A stretch of 64,000 nucleotides of DNA from NCBI GenBank assembly GCA_964016885.1, contig OZ024745.1:132804001-132868000 (forward strand). Direction: 5' to 3'. The notes beneath the pieces are model-generated. The model was not told where the DNA came from. It worked only from the letters and a program-made list of their open reading frames with translations, and did no database searches. Numbering within the stretch: position 1 is the stretch's first letter; each line of letters starts with the position of its first letter. Position numbers and translations under genes: made by a program. Shown here piece by piece: positions 54,376 to 64,000 of the stretch. The DNA comes from Eledone cirrhosa (lineage: Eukaryota).

Positions 54376-55837
54376 ATTTAAATAATTGGTCACAAAGGCC
54401 TGACATTTGTGTAATATATCAAGTAAGTCGATCTACCACACAGAGCCCCTTTATTGTTGTTAATTTCGGGGTTAAGCCCCCGATTCACACTAAGGAAGTC
54501 TATAGATATTGAACTTTTGTAAAAGGTCATTGTGGGAAAGACAAATAAAACACATATTGGAAGTTCGTCGCGGGACATGAGAACATCGAATGCATTTACC
54601 CCCCAAATAAGGACTGGTCTATATAATAGGATGCAAACGAAGTCGCATGTTTTATACCGGAGTGACCTTAATGAAGACTGGGAGTCTCTCACTCCACAAA
54701 AAAAAAGTTTATTGGAGGGTCGTTGTCTTTCAATCCACAGGGTCTTAAAATGCCACCTCCTCACTAAAATAGCTTGGTGAGTTTGCCGGTTTATTCGCCG
54801 ATGACCCGATCATGCACAGATTGTAGTGAGTTACATGGTACCAGTAGTGCTGGGGTGGGTAACTCAGAACAATAAAGATATTACCAAACCATTGAAATTA
54901 GATGGTAATTGTCTCATGTAGTCCCCCCCTCCCCAGATTTGAAGACAGACGTTATTGGGAGGGCGTCTTGCTAAAGCTACCCAATGTTTTCACCGCACTA
55001 AATAATAATCTTCTTTATCGCCTTACAGATCATCGCTTTCGGCTAGTATTGGATGGATTAGTGCACACACACACACATACACACACACACACACAAACAA
55101 GCACACACATACACAACTCCAGAGAGAGAGAGAGAGGGAGAGAGAGTAGATGCCTGACACGTGTTTTAAAAAGCCGGTATAAAGCGGTATACGAAGGGTA
55201 AATGAGGGTAAATGAAAGAAGACAAAACAAAGCAATGTAATGTTGTAACCTGTGTATTTTAGGAGGACATTCCACTGCTATTATCCTCTTTACAGATGTG
55301 AAGCTACAACTTTCCAAAAGAAAAGAAAGATTAAAGTTAGGGACGAAATCTCTGGAAACTTTAATCGTTTTGTGTTGGACTGTTTTATCGTCACATCTCA
55401 AAAGAGTGTGTTAGCTCTGAAATATCATGCTAAACTAAAATTCAATAGAATGTCCGTAACAGCAATAAGAAAGCATGTATGCTATTGCCAGAATTGTTGG
55501 AATAATAGACTTATTTACATGCAAATGCCAGGTTATATATTCAAAATGAATAGATTTAGTTAACTTCAAGATTTTAAACATTATATGCTAACAAAAACAG
55601 TTGGTTTGCCGGCGAGGCAATGACAGGTCGAAGAAAAGAAATGAAGGGGCGAACTCAATGTTCATCATAACATCTGAAATATATTTCAATGCAAAGTTCA
55701 TAGAAGTTAACCTGAATAAAAACATACCAAACTCATAAATACTGACACCAGCATTTACCGAAATTCACATTAAACCTAGCAACCACATCAATAAAAGATG
55801 GAAGTATTTCTCTACCGGTCGGTCTCTGCACCTCCAC

Positions 55838-55927
55838 TTTCTCTCTCACTCTTTCTTTTTCTCTATCTCTCACTCTCTCCCCCCTCTCTCTCTCTTTCTC
55901 TCTCTCCCTCTCTCTCTCTCTCACTCT

Positions 55928-55966
<39 letters not shown>

Positions 55967-56150
55967 TTCTATATATATATATATAAATATATAATGTATA
56001 TATATATACATGTGTATGTTTATATATATGGAGAGTGAGAAATGTATATACATGTAAACTTACAAACATACATACATATATACATACATATATACATTCA
56101 TATATACATACATATATACATACATACATTCACACATACATACATATACG
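55838..56150. repeat. Compound (CT)n/(TA)n/(TACA)n microsatellite
   Basis: Direct reading. Confidence 0.93.
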
Positions 56151-57621
56151 TTACTACCTGGGACCATAAGTGCGACTGCTGAACACGTATGCCATGGAAT
56201 TATATGCTCCATATATGATATTTCTCTTGTAATGTTTACTTAATATATTCTTTATTTATTTTTATTGCCAGGTAAATTAACTATAAAGGTATACAATTTA
56301 CGGAAGCGAAAACCAACCCAAACCAAACAATGTGTTTTATTATATTTCTGGAAATACTATAAGAATCTGACCCTATCCAAATACGTTTGTAATAAAATAT
56401 TTCAGAGATAACACAAATACACCAGCTCCAGGTTGAAGGAATAACACTAAAGCTGCTCCCCTGTAGGCATACTAAATTTCTATTAAATGCTCAATTACAC
56501 CCAAACTATCACTTCCACATCCATCATTAACACACTATCCACGCTACTAACATACGACTATTATAGAAAAGCCACATACACTGACATAATATCACTAGTC
56601 ACATCAGTTTTTAACCTTTATCATGAAATATACAGCTACCAGGTAGTGCGTAGTTGAGCAGGTATTATCCCCCTTTGTCTCGGTCAGACATTTTAAAGTC
56701 TACAATGGCTACCATGTAACTAAAAGTGAATACGCAACGTTTACCTATTAACAGCCAAATATCTCTAAAATACTATTCAGTTATTTTCGAGAAGAAATGG
56801 ATAATGCGATGCTATATACCACCAAAGGACTGTTTAGGTAACGGTAGGAATATTTACGACAAAGTGTGTGCTAGATCAAAAATGACATTGAGCACTCCAA
56901 ACATAACCACAATTAACAGAAATAAACTGGATTGGAGAACGTATTGCTACGAGAAAAATAGTCAAGTGGGGAATTAAGAAAGATAACAAAAACATTCATC
57001 AGCTGCCAAGGATTAAAATACTGCTTTATAGAATGTCGCTGTATCGACCTTGTACACAGTGCTGCACTCATCATACTATACATATAACTGTTTTCTAGTT
57101 TGCTTGTATATGTTTGCACTGTCAACGATTATTATCGTGTAGGAACTAATATTTTCAATTTCAGCCAAATAGAATTGTGATTTAGTTATTTCTTGTATAA
57201 TTACATCACGTGAATAACTGAATTTCATCATTTTCCTAATTGTCATGGAAACTTTAACACTCTAGTTCATTATCAAATTAAGAGAAATCAATTCGCATTT
57301 CTCCAATATTTATTATTCACAAGAATTATATTAGCACTAGTTATATACTAGAGTTCTTCATTATTTTATAGAATATTATTTTTCGCCTGGTACTAAAAGC
57401 CACACATCGTGTACAATAGTAGGCCTTGCTGCCCTAAATATCCTCGTACTCTAATCTCCGAATATCTTTCGTTGCCATCGTATATATAGATATATTGACG
57501 CCATACTGACACTTTCATACCGGTTCGTCTTCTTACTAAATATGTTTATACATATGTCTCTGTATGTATATATCTAGCTATCATTTATTCGTCTCTCTGT
57601 CTCTTTGTGTCTCTCTACCTC

Positions 57622-57658
<37 letters not shown>

Positions 57659-57681
57659 TAATTAAAATAACATATATAAAT

Positions 57682-57788
57682 ATTAATAAATATTTGCTCT
57701 ACGGTTCTTATATATTTGATATATATTTATCCTTATCGAGCCCTCTTTGGATTTTAGTCTTCAAATTTATTATTATTACTATATATAT
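57682..57788 (+). mobile_element. Terminal pLTR fragment of the 6495/27205 family
   Basis: Reverse complement of 27205-27303. Confidence 0.85.
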
Positions 57789-57887
57789 ACCTGACTGACT
57801 TGACCACTGCCACGTCACAGTTCTCAACCATTTTGAATGCGTGTTTGGCGGGGGCCACTTCGGAAAATAATATGTCCTAGTGAGTTT

Positions 57888-57966
57888 ATCTCCTGAAGAG
57901 CTCTAAACTCGAGTATGAACCTTAAATAAGGTATCTCAAAAGTGAGCGAAACCCAAGGGTCGGGAT
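57888..57966 (+). ncRNA. Type I hammerhead, fully canonical core with GUC site, in a solo pLTR (~57790-58265)
   Basis: atctc-CTGAAGA-gctc-[40 nt]-gagc-GAAA-ccc-aa-ggg-TC-gggat. Confidence 0.9.
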
Positions 57967-58265
57967 TTAGTGATTTAATCCTGGTATGTATATAAGCATT
58001 TCTAACATCAATTTTTACCTAATTATGTTTGGTTGACCGTATATTTAATTAATTTCCACGTGCTGTTGAAATGTTGGGTAAATATTCTATAGCAGTTGCA
58101 CGCGAAAACCCTGCAATAGCGTATTTATTTATTGGTTCTTCATAGATGCCTTTTATTCTTATAGCCTTGTCTAATTGATTGTTTGTGTGGTTAATTATGC
58201 TGATTGGGAGTAGAAATGATGTATATATATTATCAAATAATTCTCTGGACATGCTTTACTCTGTA

Positions 58266-58363
<98 letters not shown>

Positions 58364-58489
58364 ATACTTGGGGAGGGTCATATTTGTGTAATATTGGCAG
58401 AATTAATAACAGAACACACCCAAGTATAACAATATTTGTTTCGACACACGATTTCATATAAAAAACCTCGCAAAACTAATTCATCGCCG

Positions 58490-59359
<870 letters not shown>

Positions 59360-59462
59360 TATATAATGGTGGAACACTGGAAGGTAATATCGGTAGTGGT
59401 AGAGCACTCAATCCATGGGGCGAGTTAGGTAGAAGTGGTTACACAACAGTTAGTTCACCATA

Positions 59463-59502
59463 CCGAGAATAATTGTCTCACCTTAGCGGATCCTCAGCTC
59501 GG
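59463..59502 (-). ncRNA. Minimal hammerhead (perfect stem I, GAAA mutated to GAGA)
   Basis: ccgag-CTGAGGA-t-cc-gctaa-gg-t-GAGA-caatta-TT-ctcgg. Confidence 0.7.
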
Positions 59503-59511
59503 AATGGGCAT

Positions 59512-59551
59512 TCGTGCTGAGGATCCGCTAAGGTGAAACAATTGTTCTCGG
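59512..59551 (+). ncRNA. Minimal hammerhead (intact core, one stem I mismatch)
   Basis: tcgtg-CTGAGGA-t-cc-gctaa-gg-t-GAAA-caattg-TT-ctcgg. Confidence 0.82.
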
Positions 59552-59955
59552 TATGGTGAACTAACTGTTGTGTAACGAACTTCTATATATATATATATAC
59601 TGGAGCACCGCCATCATACTTTTCAGGAACTTAATTGGTCACACTCACCCCAGTACTTCAATACTTTTTTAATCTCTATTTGTCTCACCGTCACATTGAG
59701 ATATAATCAGTAAACGGCAACAGATAAGATAAAATTCCAAATAAAATCACACCCACTTACACAGCGAAACACACACATACACTCACATACACGCGTACAC
59801 ACACTCACACATACACACACAGACAACACACATACACACAGACGTGATACATAATACCAGGAACCAGAATTGAAAATCAAAAAAGCAAATTTCTATAGTT
59901 AATATAATGCAAACCCGAATGCAAGTTTTGTATTTGTTACACTAATGTTCTCTAC

Positions 59956-61855
59956 TGTAGGTATTATGGTGTAGGTATCATGATGTAGGTATTATGGTGT
60001 AGATATTATGATGTAGATATTATGATGTAGATATTATGGTGTAGGTATCATGATGTAGGTATTATGGTGTAGATATTATGGTGTAGATATTATGCTGTAG
60101 ATATTATGGTGTAGATATTATGGTGTAGGTATCATGATGTAGGTATTATGCTGTAGATATCATGATGTAGATATTATGATGTAGGTATTATAATGTAGGT
60201 ATTATGGTGTAGATATTATGGTGTAGATATTATGGTGTAGATATTATGCTGTAGATATTATGATGTAGATATTATGATGAAGGTATTATGGTGTAGATAT
60301 TATGATGTAGGTAATATAATGTAGGTATTATGGTGTAGATATTATGGTGTAGATATTATGGTGTAGATATTATGATGTAGGTATTATGGTGTAGATATTA
60401 TGGTGTAGGTATTATGATGTAGGTATTATGATGTAGGTATTATGGTGTAGGTATTATGATGTAGGTATTATGGTGTAGGTATTATGGTGTAGATATTATG
60501 ATGTAGATATTATGATGAAGGTATTAAGGTGTACATATTATGATGTAGATATTATGATGTAGATATTATGTTGTAGATATTATGGTGTAGATGTTATGGT
60601 GTAGGTATTATGGTGTAGGTATTATGGTGTAGGTATTATGATGTAGGTATTATGATGTAGGTATTATGGTGTAGGTATTATGATGTAGGTATTATGGTGT
60701 AGGTATTATGCTGTAGATATCATGATGTAGATATTATGATGTAGGTATTATAATGTAGGTATTATGGTGTAGATATTATGGTGTAGATATTATGGTGTAG
60801 ATATTATGCTGTAGATATTATGATGTAGATATTATGATGAAGGTATTATGGTGTAGATATTATGATGTAGGTATTATGGTGTAGATATAATGATGTAGAT
60901 ATTATGATGTAGGTATTATGGTGTAGGTATTATGGTGTAGGTATTATGGTGTAGATATTATGGTGTAGGTATTATGATGTAGGTATTATGTTGTAGATAT
61001 TATGGTGTAGGTATTATGGTGTAGCTATTATGGTGTAGGTATTATGGTGTAGATATTATGATGTAGATATTATGATGTAGGTATTATGGTGTAGGTATTA
61101 TGATGTAGGTATTATGTTGTAGATATTATGGTGTAGGTATTATGGTGTAGATATTATGATGTAGGTATTATTGTGTAGATATTATGATGTAGATATTATG
61201 ATGTAGATATTATGATGTAGGTATTATGATGTAGGTATTATGATGTAGGTATTATGATGTAGATATTATGATGTAGATATTATGATGTAGATATTATGAT
61301 GTAGATATTATGATGTAGGTATTATGGTGTAGGTATTATGGTGTAGATATTATGATGTAGATATTATGATGTAGATATTATGATGTAGATATTATGATGT
61401 AGATATTATGATGTAGGTATTATGGTGTAGGTATCATGGTGTAGATATAATGATGTAGATATTATGATGTAGATATTATGTTGTAGGTATTACGATGTAG
61501 ATATTATGGTGTAGATATTATGATGTAAGTATTATGATGTAGATATTATGCTGTAGGTATTATGCTGTAGGTATTATGATGTAGATATTATGCTGTAGGT
61601 ATTATGCTGTAGGTATTATGATGTAGGTATTATGATGTAGGTATTATGATGTAGGTATTATGATGTAGGTATTATGATGTAGGTATTATGATGTAGGTAT
61701 TATGGTGTAGATATTATGATGTAGATATTATAGTGTAGATAAATATGGTGTAGGTTTTATGATGTAGGTTTTATGTGTGTAGATATATGTGTAGTTAGTA
61801 TGTGTGTAGATAATATAAGTGTAAATATTATGATGTAGATATGGCTGTAGATAAT
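59956..61855. repeat. 14-bp minisatellite (TATTATGRTGTAGR)n, roughly 130 units
   Basis: Direct reading; degenerates at the right end. Confidence 0.97.
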
Positions 61856-62299
61856 TATAACCAAGCTTTTTATGTTATGTTCTCAACATAGATTCCGAAA
61901 TACCGGTATCGTCTACTTTACGAGTATTCACCTTGGTTCGTCTTGATTCAGATTGCTACTAATGCAAAACATGTCGTATCACTACTTTTAGGAGGTGAAG
62001 TATGTAGGACTTGTTGGGAAAGGACAAATACCCGCGTAGCTCGTTAAGAGCTGACGGATTGATGTTAAAACTAGGATGAGGGGTAGGTGGATGTCTTAAT
62101 GTCATGTAGCTTCATCCCTAATGTTCAATATGTTTTGTTGGAAGGCAGCGATGAAACACTTCAAAGGTGTCAAACACCGAAATAAGGAATATGATGATGC
62201 CACAATTGAATGAAATAAATGAGTATTTATTATTCGGTTCGCAAGTGTAATTCTTCTAGAACATGATAGATTGCTGATTAATATTGTTGCTTGCAAACA

Positions 62300-62447
62300 T
62301 TCATTCATAGATACACATATATATACATACATACATACATACATACATACATACATACATACACACATACATGCATACATACATACATACATACATACAT
62401 ACATACATACATACATACATACATACATACATACATACATACATACA
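62300..62447. repeat. (TACA)n microsatellite
   Basis: Direct reading. Confidence 0.95.
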
Positions 62448-63135
62448 TCGTGGCTGCCAACTCGTTTTCGAGTACGGCCACTACTTTATATCCATGTAGG
62501 AGAAGCCCTACTGATGCGCTGAACGAGTGTGACTTTCTAGTCCACCCAGCGATTTGAAAACTCTGGTACAAACAAAACACTTGTGACAATTATTGACACA
62601 TAGTGCTTGGCCCATGGTACCATGTGACGACAAGTGCAGAGAGATCTCCAGGTATAAAGCAATGCCTGTGCCGTGAAGCTTTTATAGTGAGCAAAGGCAC
62701 TGCACAAAGCCAATCCCACTCTCTTAACCAAAATGATATTTACCAAAAAGAAGAACAAGTCAACATCATTGGATACCACAGAGTTGCAGATGTTATATCA
62801 GAGTTTTCCTTCTCCTAGAATTCTGCCTTTACAAAGGCTAAGGGGTCATCTCTCCCGGTGATTTTGGATGGCCATTGACTCTTAAGAGCTCCTTTTCCCT
62901 TTGACAGGTTTTGATTTTAGTCCTGCAGGATGTCCAAAGTCACCCTCCTCAACATGAAACCTTGGTGGAGTTGCCAGTTTAGTCGCCAACGACCCGACCA
63001 TAGGAAAGGTTGTACTGGGATACGTGTTACCAGTAGCACCAAGTAGTGACCTGGACATACATACATACATACATGCATTCATACATACATACATTAATAC
63101 ATACATTCATACATACGTACACACATACATACATA
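62448..63135. mobile_element. Probable LINE-derived non-coding insertion bounded by (TACA)n
   Basis: GC-richer 600-bp block between two TACA tracts; TTTTCCTTCTCCTAG..AAGGCTAA resembles RTE UTR sequence (recalled). Confidence 0.4.
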
Positions 63136-63161
63136 TTCTGCCCTCAATATACTTTCAGATG

Positions 63162-63335
63162 ATGTGATTATTGGGGCACTGGGATATGTTAGTAACAGCC
63201 TCAGTACAACCCTTGTGAAGCTGGGCTTCACAGAAACAGAGATAACACAACTAGTTAGGAAATTGCAAGTACAGTCCATTAATGGAACAGTAGAAATATG
63301 TAAAGCAATCCAAAAATTCTGCATCTAATAACTGC
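63162..63335 (+). mobile_element. 3' fragment of the REL LINE seen at 41013-41708
   Basis: GTGATTATTGGGGCACTGGGATATGTTAGTAAC...AAATTCTGCAT is homologous to 41544-41715. Confidence 0.88.
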
Positions 63336-63339
63336 GTGT

Positions 63340-64000
63340 ACTTATGTAACACCAGCAACTACAGTGGGATCTCACTGACTTCACTTGCGGCAAAGACTCA
63401 AACAGGATGATACTTAACAGGATCCTGCCATAGAGGAAAAGAAGCTCGGGGACAACCAAAGCGGATTCCGAGAGGGAAGATCAACCACCGGTCACATCCT
63501 GGTGCTAAGGAGAATATTAGAGGTAGCTAGTGCAAAGATCCTTCCTGCGGTCATGGTTTCCATTGGCTTTAGGTAGGCCTTTGACTCTGTGGAACGTCAC
63601 TGCCTGGTGAAGATCTTACAGACTTATGAAATCCCCAAGAAAATAGTGGACCTGATATCAATGCACTACACCAACACCAGAGCCCAAGTCATTACACCTG
63701 ATGGAATGACAGAGTTCTTTAAGATACTGGTTGAAGTGTTCCATGGAGATACATTGGCTCCCTACCTTTTTATCATCGCAGTGGACTATTGTATGTGCCT
63801 TGTGCTGGAGAAACACCAGGACTCTGACTTTACTATAACACTGGCTCAGAGCAGGAGAGTTAAGGCTAAAAAGATATCAGATGCTGAATTTGCTGACGAC
63901 ATAGTTCTGGTGACAAACACAGTGAAGGAGGCAGAGGAGTTGTTGCAGGAGGTGGAGATGTCTCGATGGGTGTGGGGCTAAGAATGAATGAGATGAAGAC
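63340..64000 (+). pseudogene. RTE-clade reverse transcriptase, disrupted, runs off the window
   Basis: NQSGFREGRST, F.*AFDSV, HGDTLAPYLF, FADDI. Confidence 0.88.

Larger units (their letters stand above)
59366..59585. mobile_element. Fold-back pLTR element with two opposite-strand HHRs
   Basis: Arms span 59438-59576; flanked by (TA)n. Confidence 0.9.

Noticed and set aside
59956-61855. CRISPR-like array
   Set aside because: Contiguous 14-bp units with no unique spacers and no cas genes, in a eukaryotic context
62900-63050. HDV-like ribozyme near CCCTCCTC
   Set aside because: I could not build convincing P1, P2 and P3 pairings by eye

Overview
AT-rich, repeat-saturated eukaryotic DNA. It is most likely coleoid cephalopod (octopus-like), inferred from SINE sequences I recognise from memory and from the microsatellite density. 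I found no intact host gene, rRNA, tRNA or CRISPR array, and most listed ORFs are translations of microsatellites. The window is a mosaic of decayed retroelements: R4/Dong-like RT+REL LINEs in (AAT)n and (TACA)n tracts, Tx1/L1-like and RTE 3' ends, two tRNA-derived SINE families, one hAT-like MITE, a 14-bp minisatellite, and many Penelope-like element (PLE) remnants in (TA)n, including Naiad-type GIY-YIG elements. The main hidden signal is about 14 complete or near-complete type I hammerhead ribozyme (HHR) motifs from roughly ten PLE terminal-repeat (pLTR) families, plus several half-ribozymes. They include a recurrent U3-A8 compensatory-core variant and variants with very long stem II. Many lie in fold-back palindromes, and three palindromes pivot at the ribozyme's stem II. 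All coordinates and folds were read by eye, so boundaries are approximate.
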